64,000 nucleotides of DNA, taken from NCBI GenBank assembly GCA_963803435.1, contig CAWDML010000001.1:3219111-3283110 (forward strand). Direction: 5' to 3'. Below are positions 1 to 9,139 of the stretch, piece after piece. The stretch's first letter is position 1, and the number at the start of each line of letters is the position of its first letter. The DNA comes from an uncultured delta proteobacterium. GTDB lineage: Bacteria > Myxococcota > Kuafuiibacteriia > Kuafuiibacteriales > Kuafuiibacteriaceae. The position numbers were made by a program, and so were the translations under genes. The notes under the pieces were generated by a model, which ran no database searches, was not told the origin of the DNA, and worked only from the letters and a program-made list of their open reading frames with translations.

Positions 1-1868
1 ATCTGGGCACGACCAACTCGGTCGTCGCTGTCATGGAAGGAGGCGAGGCCAAGATCCTCGTCAACGACGAAGGAACACGAACCACACCTTCGGTCGTCGC
101 CTGGACGGAGAAGGGCGAGGTTCTGGTGGGCGCCATCGCCCGGCGTCAGGCGATCACGAACCCGCAGCGCACTGTATTCAGCGTGAAGCGATTCATGGGC
201 ATGAAGTTCGCGGACTCCAAGGAGGAGCTGAAGCGCGTGCCCTACGAGGTGGTCGGCGCGGCGAACGGAGACGCCCACATCAAGATCGGCGACAAGAGCT
301 ACGCACCGCCGGAGATCTCGGCGAAAATTCTGCAGAAGCTCAAGCGCGCCGCAGAGGCCCACCTCGGACACGAGGTCACCCAGGCCGTCATCACCGTCCC
401 CGCCTACTTCAACGACGCGCAGCGGCAGGCGACCAAGGACGCCGGCCGGATCGCGGGACTCGAGGTCCTGCGGATCATCAACGAGCCGACGGCCGCGGCG
501 CTCGCGTACGGGATCGACAAGAAGAAGGACGAGCTGATCGCGGTCTACGACTTCGGCGGCGGCACCTTCGACATCTCGGTCCTCGAGGTGGGCGACGGCG
601 TGGTCGAGGTGGTCTCCACCAGCGGCGACACGCACCTGGGCGGCGACGATTTCGACAACCGCGTCATCCAGTGGCTGCTCGACGAGTTCCGGAAGGACAC
701 CGGTCTCGACGTCAGCAAGGACAAGATGGTCATGCAGCGGCTCAAGGAGGCTGCGGAGAAGGCGAAGATCGAGCTGTCGAACGCGTTCGAGACGGAGATC
801 AACCTCCCCTTCCTCACTGCCGACGCGGGCGGGCCCAAGCACCTGCAGCTGAAGCTGACGCGCGCCAAGTTCGAGGCGATCATCCAGGAGCTGGTCGATC
901 GCTCGTTCGAGGCGGTGAAGAAGGCGCTCGCGGACGCCGGCAAGAAGCCGACCGAGATCGACGAGGTCATCCTGGTGGGCGGATCGACGCGCGTCCCGAT
1001 GATCCAGGAGCGGGTGGAGAAGTACTTCGGGCGGCAGCCGAACCGCAGCGTCAATCCGGACGAGGTGGTCGCAGCCGGCGCGGCGGTCCAGGGCGGCGTG
1101 CTCACCGGCGAGACGAAGGACGTAGTCCTCCTCGACGTGACGCCGCTGTCCCTCGGGATTGAGACCCTGGGCGGCGTGTTCACGCCGCTGATCGCGCGGA
1201 ACACGACGATCCCGACGAAGAAGTCGGAGACCTTCTCCACCGCGGCCGACAACCAGGCGAACGTCGAGGTACACGTGCTGCAGGGCGAGCGGAAGATGGC
1301 GACCGACAACAAGACGCTCGGCCGCTTCATGCTGGACGGCCTGCCCCCGGCGCCACGCGGGATGCCGCAGATCGAGGTCACCTTCGACATCGACGCCAAC
1401 GGGATCGTGCACGTCTTCGCGAAGGACAAAGCGACCGGTCGCGAGCAGTCGGTGCGCATCGAAGCGTCGTCAGGGCTCAGCGATCACGACATCGAACGGA
1501 TGGTGCAGGACGCGGAGCGGCACCAGCAGGAGGACCAGGAGCGACGCGGGAAGGTCGAGGCGAAGAACAAGCTGGATCAGCTCGTCTACCAGGTGGAGCG
1601 CACGATGAACGACGCGAAGGACAAGCTCCCGGTCGACCTGGGACGCCAGGTCTCGGAAGCGCTGGAGAACGCGCGGTCGGCGCTCAAGAAGGACGATCAG
1701 AGCGCCTGGGAGCACGCCGAGGCCGAGCTGATGGCGGCCTCGAGCCGGATGGCGGAGCTGCTGTACCGCGGACAGGCGAACGCAGAGCAGGCGCCTCCGT
1801 CGGGCGGTGAGCCCGAGAAGAAGGGCGGCGACGACGTCATCGACGCGGACTTCACCGAAGCCGCCTAG
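1..1868 (+). CDS. dnaK: Chaperone DnaK (Hsp70), 5' end cut by the window edge
   Basis: Frame opens with (D)[14 protein letters not shown] upstream of the listed ATG. Hsp70 motifs [32 protein letters not shown]. Acidic C-terminus [10 protein letters not shown]. Stop TAG at 1866-1868. Confidence 0.98.
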   Translation, partial: LGTTNSVVAVMEGGEAKILVNDEGTRTTPSVVAWTEKGEVLVGAIARRQAITNPQRTVFSVKRFMGMKFADSKEELKRVPYEVVGAANGDAHIKIGDKSYAPPEISAKILQKLKRAAEAHLGHEVTQAVITVPAYFNDAQRQATKDAGRIAGLEVLRIINEPTAAALAYGIDKKKDELIAVYDFGGGTFDISVLEVGDGVVEVVSTSGDTHLGGDDFDNRVIQWLLDEFRKDTGLDVSKDKMVMQRLKEAAEKAKIELSNAFETEINLPFLTADAGGPKHLQLKLTRAKFEAIIQELVDRSFEAVKKALADAGKKPTEIDEVILVGGSTRVPMIQERVEKYFGRQPNRSVNPDEVVAAGAAVQGGVLTGETKDVVLLDVTPLSLGIETLGGVFTPLIARNTTIPTKKSETFSTAADNQANVEVHVLQGERKMATDNKTLGRFMLDGLPPAPRGMPQIEVTFDIDANGIVHVFAKDKATGREQSVRIEASSGLSDHDIERMVQDAERHQQEDQERRGKVEAKNKLDQLVYQVERTMNDAKDKLPVDLGRQVSEALENARSALKKDDQSAWEHAEAELMAASSRMAELLYRGQANAEQAPPSGGEPEKKGGDDVIDADFTEAA

Positions 1869-1900
1869 GAGCGTGTAGCGCGTAAGCGCTCACGCGACCC

Positions 1901-1936
1901 CGGTCCGGGTCCCGGTCCCGGTCCCGGTCCGGGTCC
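1901..1936. repeat. Subterminal hexamer array (SGGTCC)x6
   Basis: cggtcc gggtcc cggtcc cggtcc cggtcc gggtcc read directly, just inside the TIR. Confidence 0.95.
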
Positions 1937-1960
1937 CGATCTGAAGATGGCTGCCTTGAG

Positions 1961-2946
1961 TCAGACGCTCGCGACGGTCGCGAGCTTCGATCGGTAGAGC
2001 TTGAGCAGGTTGTGGGTGAGGCAGACGAGCGTCCACTCGGCTCGTACCTTGAAGAAGGAGCGTAGCGAGAACCGGCGGAATCCTCGTGCCCCTTTGATCT
2101 GTCCGAGCGCCGGTTCGACGATACTCTTCCTGCGGGCGTAGACCGCCTTGCCGTCGCGCGTTTGCAACTTGTCTCGCATTCGCTTGCGAGCGAGCGAGGC
2201 AGGTGTGGGCTCCGAAGCTGATGAGGACGGAGTCGACGCGTCTTGGTTCTGTTCGCGTCCAACAGCGATGTGGGCATCGATCTGATTGTTGTCGCAGAAT
2301 TCGATGTTGGTCGCGCTCAGATAGCCGTTGTCTGCCGTCATCTTCCCCGGAGCATCGCCGCGCTCTTGCCTTCTCGGCTCGAGTTCTCGCTCGCTTCTGC
2401 TCCACCCGATCCACAAGAGCATCATCCGCTTTGCTCTGCTGCTCTTCGGCTTGCCTGCGCAATTTCTCCGCGCGAGCCCTGGCGGCATCCTGTTCCAGCG
2501 CAGCCTTCGCTTCTCGAATGCGGGCAAGGCGGGATTCACGGTGAGCGAGCTCCGCTGGGATGTCCTCTTCAGTCTCTTCAACGCCCAGCCGCTCGTCTTC
2601 CTCTTGGTCGATCGTGCGCGCTCGCTCCAGCAGTTCTTCGATCTCGAGAGACAGCCGCTTCTCCTCCTCGGCCATCCGCTCGTAGGTCATCGCCTTGTGC
2701 TTGCTCGCGTTCGCCTGCACCTTCGAGCCATCGAGTGCGACGTGTCCGAGCCGCACCAAACCTGCTTTCTGGCAAAGCTTCAGGACTTCGAGGAAGAGCG
2801 CTTTCAGTGCCTCCAGGTGGACCAGCCGAAACTCGTTGATCGTCGTGAAGTGGGGATGACTTTCTCCAGCCAGCACCCGGAATGGAATGTCTTCGTAGGT
2901 CGCCCGCGCGATCCTCCGGAGTCCAAGAACGGTATTGCTTCGCCAC
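1961..2946 (-). pseudogene. IS1182-family DDE transposase with two internal deletions/frameshifts
   Basis: N-terminus MAKQYRSWTP jumps to RRIARATYEDIPFRVLAGESHPHFTTINEFR...VALDGSKVQANASKHKAM. A different frame carries MTADNGY...YARRKSIVEPALGQIKGARGFRRFSLR...EWTLVCLTHNLLKL, the DDE_Tnp_1_6-type C-terminus. The NFTDxDSRIM segment is missing here but present in copy 3. Confidence 0.88.
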
Positions 2947-3065
2947 GAAACCATGGGATCAAGTCCAGGCGTCGAAGTCGATCCGCCCAACGATCGATTC
3001 CAGACGAAACGACCTCCAAGAACTCCTGCTGGTCAAAGTGGACGAGCTACCGCAAGCTAGCTTGC

Positions 3066-3447
3066 ATGGTCACTTTCGATCACGAGAAGCTCGAGGTCTA
3101 CCAGCTCGCCGTCGAGTATGCCGACATCGCTGAAGAGATCGCACAAGAACTGCAACCCGGTCACGCTCACGTCCGCGATCAGCTTCGGCGGGCATCCGAT
3201 TCCATCGTGAACTACACCGCCAAGGGCGCCGGAGAGTTCAATCCACCTGAGAAGGCTCGCTTCTACCGCTCGCTTCTACCGGATGGCACTTCGCTCTGGC
3301 ACCGAAAGCGCCGCCTCACTCCACACCTGCTTGAGGCGCCGACTCGCCAACGAGCAGAAGCTCCAAGCCGCCAGAGCCAAGCTCAAGCGCTTTGTCGAGA
3401 TGCTCACGCGCCTCATCAAGTCGATGAACGCACGCCGGGCTGCATGA
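3066..3447 (+). pseudogene. Four-helix-bundle protein (23S rRNA IVP / TIGR02436-like, Avd fold) frameshifted by a 13-bp tandem duplication
   Basis: MVTFDHEKLEVYQLAVEY...DQLRRASDSIVNYTAKGAGEFNPPEKARFYR. After the duplicated GCTCGCTTCTACC (3255-3267, 3268-3280) another frame continues MALRSGTESAASLHTCLRRRLANEQKLQAARAKLKRFVEMLTRLIKSMNARRAA*. Confidence 0.85.
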
Positions 3448-3456
3448 TCGCCATCG

Positions 3457-3486
3457 GGACCGGGACCGGGACCCGGACCCGGACCG
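3457..3486. repeat. Subterminal hexamer array (GGACCS)x5, inverted relative to 1901-1936
   Basis: ggaccg ggaccg ggaccc ggaccc ggaccg read directly. Confidence 0.95.
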
Positions 3487-3524
3487 GGCTCGCGGTATCG
3501 CTACGCGCTACACGCTCCTAGCGG

Positions 3525-4334
3525 TCATTTGAAGGAGACCCGGACCTGCTTCTGGGTCTCCATCTTCATCCCCGGCACCGCGTTGAACGCCTTGGCGGTC
3601 TCGTCGTACGAGTCTGCGTTGATCACGGCCGCCAGTCGGGTCGCGTCGTCGATCAGGGTGTTGAAGTCGAGCGCGATCAGCGTGATACGGTTGCCGTCGC
3701 GGAACTTGGCGTTGGTCTTCTCGACCTTCCCGTCGACCTCCACCTGGATCAGGACCTTCATGTCCTTGAGGAAGCCGCGCATCATCTCGAAGTTCTCGTC
3801 CGACGGATCGATCTTCTTCGGCGCCGCCTTCTTGCCCTTCTTGTTGTCCTCGTGTGGGACCTTGACCGTGAGCTCGGCCGTCCGTCCCTTCTTGAAGCCG
3901 AAGCGCATCGGATCGCTGCGCTGCTCCTCGGGCTGCGGGCCGCTGGGCGCGCGCTTGCCAGGGTCGGGATCGATCGCAACGGCGGTGACGTCCGTGAACG
4001 TGTAGTTGGCCGTGTAGCCCTTGAACCGCCCGCGCGCGAGGGGCTCGGCCGACACGTACGTTACGCCCTTGCCCTTCTTGATCGCCTGCGCCTTCAGCTG
4101 GTTCTCGTCGATGTCCCAGGGGCGCGACGTCCCCTGGGCGGCGGCGGGCAGTCGCTTGAGGAAGTCCTCGAGGAGGCCGACGTCGAACAGGACGGTCTCC
4201 GTGAAGGTGCCGCTGCCGTCCTTCTTCACCTTGAGCAGCATCTCCAGCTGGATACAGCCGGACATGAACAGCGAGAGCAGGACCGTCAGGATCAGGATGG
4301 GTAACGAGGAGCGAGAACGGCGCATTCGCTGCAC
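3525..4334 (-). CDS. Lipoprotein (LppM/DUF3153-like), function unknown
   Basis: Signal peptide with lipobox FMSG-C, followed by IQLEMLLKVKKDGSGT. Strong GC3 codon bias. Confidence 0.75.
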   Translation of the reverse strand: MQRMRRSRSSLPILILTVLLSLFMSGCIQLEMLLKVKKDGSGTFTETVLFDVGLLEDFLKRLPAAAQGTSRPWDIDENQLKAQAIKKGKGVTYVSAEPLARGRFKGYTANYTFTDVTAVAIDPDPGKRAPSGPQPEEQRSDPMRFGFKKGRTAELTVKVPHEDNKKGKKAAPKKIDPSDENFEMMRGFLKDMKVLIQVEVDGKVEKTNAKFRDGNRITLIALDFNTLIDDATRLAAVINADSYDETAKAFNAVPGMKMETQKQVRVSFK

Positions 4335-4381
4335 CCTATGACATTGCGCGGTGCGGATCCACGTGTGATCGTGCGGGCCCG

Positions 4382-6469
4382 ATGAAGAAGAGGCCGATCG
4401 TGATTGCCTCCTTCGGCTTCACCTTTGGCGTCCTCTACGGCCCCGGCGCGTTTCCTTGGGTCGACGTGATCGCCGGCCTCGTCTGTCTCGCGATCGCGAG
4501 GCGCCGGGAGTTTCGAACCCGCATCGCCTACGCGACCTTCGTCATCGTGGGCGCGTTCCTGCTCGGCCTCACCATCGGTGTGTTCCGACTTCCCGGCCCC
4601 GAGACGATCACCGAGGCGTCGACGCTCGTCCTCGAGGGCGAGGTCGTCGAGGTTGCGGATCGCGGTCTGCTCGCGGACGGCCTGGTCGTCGACGTGACGG
4701 GCACCGCCACGGCCGCCGGTGCGCAGCTCACGCCGGCCCGCGGACGGATCCTCCTGCGATTGCCCCACGAGGACGGCGCCCTCCACCCGGCCGCGTGCGC
4801 GGCGCCGGGCGGGCGGATCCGGGCGCGGGTGCGGATCAGCCCCCGGCAGCCGTCCCTGGTGCCCGCCTTTCGCTCGAGGCGACTGGCCGTCCGGCGCGGC
4901 GTTCAGCTGTACGGCGAGGCGGTCGGCCCTTGCGTCGCGCTCGATCCCGGGCCGGCCGCGCTCACCGCGCTCCAGCGCTCGATCGCCGCGGTGATCCGCC
5001 GGGCCGCGCCGCGGGACGGCGGCCTCCTGGGCGCGCTCGCCACCGGCGATCGCACGGGCACCGAGCTCGACGCGGAGGCGCGCATCGTCCACGCGGGGCT
5101 CGGATACCTGCTCGAGCTCTACGGTCTGAGCATGGCGCTCCTGCTGTTCTTCTTTCTCTTCCTCCTTCGCCGCCACCGAATGCGCGGAAGTCAGCTGGCG
5201 TTGATCCTCATCGTCCCGCTGGCGCTCCTCTTCGGCGGGACGCCCTCGATCATCCGGATCGCGCTCCTGCTCGCGTGCCTGCTCCTTCCTTCCCTGACCC
5301 GCGGGCGGATCGACGTGTTCGACGCCCTCGCGATCGCCGTGATCGCGGTTCTGGCAGTGTCGCCGTCGGCGCTGGGCGACACGCGCTTCCAGCTCGCCTT
5401 CGCCGGCACCTCCGCGGTCGTGCGTCTCTATCCCGGGATCATGGAGAAGCTGCCGCGCCTCGGCACGATCCGCCGCTCGCTCCGCGCACCGCTCCAGCTC
5501 CTGCTGATCGCGATCGCGGTGGCGTTCGGAACGGCCGGGCTGGCGGCGCGCCAGTTCGATCGGGTCTCGCTGCTCTCCTTCGCCGTCGCGCCGCTGGCGA
5601 TCGGCGCGATGATCGGGCTGATCGCTCCGCTCTCGCTGATCGGCGGAGCGCTGGCGGCGATCACGCCGGCGCTGGGGATCCCGCCGCTCTGGATCGCCGG
5701 CACCGCGCTCGAGGCGCTGCTCCGGATCCTCCCCAGCGGAGGCGCCGGCAGCATCCCCACGCCGACCGTGTTCGAGTGCATCGTCTTCTACGGCATCATG
5801 AGCTCGATCGCAGCGCCCACACCGCAGGTCGAGCGACGCGTCACACCGATGCGCGTCGCGGCCGCGCTCTCGCTCTTCCTGATCGCCTGGGTGGGCGCGG
5901 GCATCTGGGTCCGCTCGGCCGGTCACGACCTCGAGGTCGCGGTGCTCCCCACGCCGCGCGGAGTCGCCGACGTGATCCGCCTGCCGGACGACGCCGTGCT
6001 CGTGCGCGACACCGCGCCGCCGGCCGCCTGGTTCCAGATGGAGCAACGCCTGGTCAGCAATCACCTCAAGCTGCACCGCGAGACCCGGATCGACGCCCTG
6101 ATCGCGGATCCCGGGGACGACCTCGAGGGCGCCCGCGAGCTCGCCCATCAGTTCCCGGTGGGCGAGGTCTGGTGGACGCGCGCACCCGCCGATCCCACGG
6201 CGCTCGAGAGCGACCGGATCCTCGACTCACCGATCCAGCGGGCCGGCACCCGCATCCGGTCGACGCCCGCCGGGGTGCGGCTCGAGCTCGAGGGCCGCTC
6301 CATCCTCCTCGCGTCGACCGCCACCTCGAGCATGGCCGCCGACGCCGTCGTCTCGCCGGACGGCACGGTCACGTCGAGCGAGGGGACGTACCGCACGGAG
6401 ACCCAGGGCATGATCCGGATCCGCATCGACGAGGGCCGCCTCGAGGTGATCCCGCTGGTCTCCCGCTGA
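4382..6469 (+). CDS. ComEC/Rec2-family membrane protein with degenerate conserved motifs
   Basis: Architecture is N-terminal TM + OB-like region, a multi-TM Competence domain (ALATGDRT, GLGYLLELYGLS, FQLAF) and a C-terminal MBL-like tail (YRTETQGMIRI). Confidence 0.7.
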   Translation: MKKRPIVIASFGFTFGVLYGPGAFPWVDVIAGLVCLAIARRREFRTRIAYATFVIVGAFLLGLTIGVFRLPGPETITEASTLVLEGEVVEVADRGLLADGLVVDVTGTATAAGAQLTPARGRILLRLPHEDGALHPAACAAPGGRIRARVRISPRQPSLVPAFRSRRLAVRRGVQLYGEAVGPCVALDPGPAALTALQRSIAAVIRRAAPRDGGLLGALATGDRTGTELDAEARIVHAGLGYLLELYGLSMALLLFFFLFLLRRHRMRGSQLALILIVPLALLFGGTPSIIRIALLLACLLLPSLTRGRIDVFDALAIAVIAVLAVSPSALGDTRFQLAFAGTSAVVRLYPGIMEKLPRLGTIRRSLRAPLQLLLIAIAVAFGTAGLAARQFDRVSLLSFAVAPLAIGAMIGLIAPLSLIGGALAAITPALGIPPLWIAGTALEALLRILPSGGAGSIPTPTVFECIVFYGIMSSIAAPTPQVERRVTPMRVAAALSLFLIAWVGAGIWVRSAGHDLEVAVLPTPRGVADVIRLPDDAVLVRDTAPPAAWFQMEQRLVSNHLKLHRETRIDALIADPGDDLEGARELAHQFPVGEVWWTRAPADPTALESDRILDSPIQRAGTRIRSTPAGVRLELEGRSILLASTATSSMAADAVVSPDGTVTSSEGTYRTETQGMIRIRIDEGRLEVIPLVSR

Positions 6470-6473
6470 GCCG

Positions 6474-7619
6474 TCACGCCGGATACGTTCGGCCCTTCCA
6501 CTCGATCCGAGCCCGACCGAACGACCAGCGCATCAACAGCAACCACGCCAGGAGACCGCCCACCGGTGCCAGCGGAGCGAGCCACCAGCGCGTGTGCGAG
6601 AGCCTTCGCACGTAGGCCTGTACCCAGAGGACGAAGACGTACTGGAGAAGGCCGAAGAGCGCCGCAGCGGCCGGCAGCGCGTCGAAGGAGAGGACCGTCG
6701 CGACCGCGGTGGCGGTCGGCGTGAGCGCGAGCAGCCAGATGAGGAGCGACAGGGCCGCCAACCTGGGCAGGCCGTTCAGCTGCAGGTGAACGTTGCGCGC
6801 GAAGCCTCGATGGATCTCGGCCAGCGTCGCGTACGAGGTGGTCCGCCAGAGCGCCGGTGCGCCCACGCCGAACGCGTACCTCGCCCCGGAGCGCGACAGC
6901 TCCCGGGCCAGCGCCCGATCCTCGGCGACCTCCGCCTTGACCCCCTCCATCCCGCCGGCCCGATCGAGCGCTGCGCGCGCGATCAGGAACCAACCGCCGC
7001 AGGCGGTGGAGAACGTCTCGCCGTCGGTCCGGCGCTTCCGCTCGATCGACGCCGCGATGATCGCATACAGCTGCGGCGTCACCAGGTTCGAGATCGTCGT
7101 CGGGTGGACGATCTCGCCGACCAGCGAGACGGCGTCGGCGTGGTTCCTCAATGCGAACGCCAGGCCGTTCTCGACGCTCCGCTCGCGGTGGAGGGTATCG
7201 GCGTCGGTGAGGAGCAGCCACTCACCCGTCGCGCGGGCCGCGGCGAGCCCCAGCGCGTGCGGCTTCCCAAACCAACCCTCTGGCAGCGCCTCGGTCCGGA
7301 TCACCGTGAAGCGCTCGTCGGTGCCAGCGTGCTGCTTCGCCTCGTCGAAGGTCCGATCGCTCGAGCGATCGTCCACGATGATGACCTCGAAGTTCGGGTA
7401 GGTCTGGGCGCGGAGGCTGTCGACACAGGGCCCGACCTTCCCCTCCTCGTCGCGCGCTGCGATCAGTATGGACACCTTGGGCCGCGGCTCCGCGACCGCC
7501 AGCGGCTCATCGGCGGTCACCCAGTCGCCGGTTCGACGACGTGCCGCCCGCGCCGCCTTCAACAGCGTCACCCACCAGAAGGGCAACAGCAGCCCGGAGA
7601 GGACGAGGAGCGCGGTCAC
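6474..7619 (-). CDS. Family 2 glycosyltransferase (carotenoid/hopanoid-associated type)
   Basis: VSILIAARDEE, VDDRSSD, LPEGWFGKPHAL, LLTDADT, AEDRALA, C-terminal TMs and EWKGR. Confidence 0.9.
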   Translation of the reverse strand: MTALLVLSGLLLPFWWVTLLKAARAARRRTGDWVTADEPLAVAEPRPKVSILIAARDEEGKVGPCVDSLRAQTYPNFEVIIVDDRSSDRTFDEAKQHAGTDERFTVIRTEALPEGWFGKPHALGLAAARATGEWLLLTDADTLHRERSVENGLAFALRNHADAVSLVGEIVHPTTISNLVTPQLYAIIAASIERKRRTDGETFSTACGGWFLIARAALDRAGGMEGVKAEVAEDRALARELSRSGARYAFGVGAPALWRTTSYATLAEIHRGFARNVHLQLNGLPRLAALSLLIWLLALTPTATAVATVLSFDALPAAAALFGLLQYVFVLWVQAYVRRLSHTRWWLAPLAPVGGLLAWLLLMRWSFGRARIEWKGRTYPA

Positions 7620-7686
7620 GGCGGGGGCGATTATCGCACACTCACCTTCGTCGACTCCGCCAGAAGCGTTGCTACACTCGAACGCC

Positions 7687-8769
7687 GTGGACCTCGCCGA
7701 CCTGGCTGCGCTGGTCGCGGAGAATCCGGACCTGGTCGATCCGTATCTCGTCTACGCCGACCAGCTCCAAGAGACCGGTGATCCGCGGGGCGAGCTGATC
7801 ACGCTGGACCGCATGCGGCTCGAATCCCCGCACGACCCCGAGCGGGTGCGGGCGGTGGCGCGCCATCTCGATCGACACCGTCACGCGCTCCTCGGTCCGC
7901 TCGTCGATCTGTCCGCGTGCCTCACCGACGTGAAGTGGCACCTCGGCTTCCTGAAGAGCGTCACGCTGCTCCATCCCCAAAACGCGCGACCCGACGAGGT
8001 GGCGGCCTGGGTGGAAGCGCTGCTCGAAGCTCCCGCGGGCCGGTTCCTCCGCGAGCTCACGCTGACGCCCTTGATGGCCGGCGACTACACCACGGTGATG
8101 CGCAGCCTGGCCCTGCGCGGCCGAAGCCTGCGCAGCCTACGGATCGGTCCCGGGTTGGGACAGTCGCCGGTGCGGATGGAGGTGAGCGGCGCCGCGAACG
8201 CGCTGCGAAGCCTCGAGTCGCTGTCGCTGGCGGCGACGTGGATCCGATTGGGCCGGCTCGACCTGCCCCGACTCCGCCAGCTCGAGCTGTGGGTCGACAC
8301 GTTCTCGAGCGATCATCTGCACGCGATCGTCAACGCCGAGTGGGATTCGCTCCGGGCGCTCTCGCTGGCCTTCAGCCACGGGCGCACGGAGCTGCCGCGC
8401 CTCCTGCTCGCGCGGATGCCGCACCTCGAGCACCTTCGCGTCGGCGCCCGTGTCCCGGCCGAGCTGGCGGGCTTCGTCGGCGAGCTGGCCCGCAGCGAGC
8501 TGGCGCGCGGGCTGGTCACGCTGGCGATCGCAGGCGTCGGCCGCGACGACATCGAGCGACTGGTCGACTCCGCCGGCGCGTTCGAGTCGCTGAAGCAGCT
8601 CCGGATCCGCTCTCGAGGACAGATCGACGATCTGTTCGACCGCTTCCGGGAGCGCGGCGTGGAGGTGACGTACCGCCGCTCGCAGGAGTTCGATCCCTGG
8701 GACGAGCCGACCGACGTGGAGCCCAACGACACGCTCGACCTCGGCCTCGAGATCTCGGTGGGCGGCTGA
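7687..8769 (+). CDS. TIGR02996-domain protein with leucine-rich-repeat-like body
   Basis: PYLVYADQLQETGDPRGELI motif, W(H)LGFL, repeated LxxLxL units. Start (GTG 7687) inferred. Confidence 0.8.
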   Translation: MDLADLAALVAENPDLVDPYLVYADQLQETGDPRGELITLDRMRLESPHDPERVRAVARHLDRHRHALLGPLVDLSACLTDVKWHLGFLKSVTLLHPQNARPDEVAAWVEALLEAPAGRFLRELTLTPLMAGDYTTVMRSLALRGRSLRSLRIGPGLGQSPVRMEVSGAANALRSLESLSLAATWIRLGRLDLPRLRQLELWVDTFSSDHLHAIVNAEWDSLRALSLAFSHGRTELPRLLLARMPHLEHLRVGARVPAELAGFVGELARSELARGLVTLAIAGVGRDDIERLVDSAGAFESLKQLRIRSRGQIDDLFDRFRERGVEVTYRRSQEFDPWDEPTDVEPNDTLDLGLEISVGG

Positions 8770-8787
8770 ACCGATCGCGGCCGTGTC

Positions 8788-9132
8788 ATGTCGATCGTGT
8801 TCGTCCTGATGCTCACGATGACGGCGCCCTCCGACCCATGGCTCGGGAGCGACAAGCTCATCCACTTCGGCGCCACTGCGGTCCTGGGCGCGAGCGGCTA
8901 CGCGATCGGTGCGGAGCTGGGCGAGGAGCGCGCCCCGCGCCTGGTGGTCGGGGCGACCCTCTCGCTCGGCGCAGCCGCCGCCAAGGAGCTCGCCGACTGG
9001 GCGGGGTCCGGAGATCCGTCGTGGCGTGACTTCGCCTGGAGCACCGCCGGCGCCGCTGCCGGCCTCCTGATCGCGTGGGCGATCGACGTCTGGCTGGCCG
9101 AGCCCGCCGCGCCGATCTTTCTCCGCTGGTGA
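8788..9132 (+). CDS. YfiM/DUF2279-like small membrane protein
   Basis: DPWLGSDKLIHF...AAKELAD...SWRDFAW pattern. Confidence 0.75.
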   Translation: MSIVFVLMLTMTAPSDPWLGSDKLIHFGATAVLGASGYAIGAELGEERAPRLVVGATLSLGAAAAKELADWAGSGDPSWRDFAWSTAGAAAGLLIAWAIDVWLAEPAAPIFLRW

Positions 9133-9139
9133 GCGCGCC

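Larger units (their letters stand above)
1869..3517. mobile_element. IS1182-family-like element (copy 1, most complete but defective) carrying a four-helix-bundle passenger gene
   Basis: 16-bp TIR GAGCGTGTAGCGCGTA (1869-1884) / TACGCGCTACACGCTC (3502-3517). CTAG direct repeat on both flanks (1865-1868, 3518-3521). Internal transposase fragments, and more AT-rich codons than the flanking genes. Confidence 0.9.

Noticed and set aside
1901-1936. Hexamer arrays as a CRISPR array or as coding GTGTGT/RDRD repeats
   Set aside because: No spacers, the unit is only 6 bp and there are no cas genes. The peptide repeats appear only in run-on frames of broken genes.
3066-3447. Diversity-generating retroelement (Avd-like gene) or 23S rRNA intervening sequence
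   Set aside because: No reverse transcriptase, no TR/VR pair with adenine-specific mismatches, and no rRNA sequence in the window.
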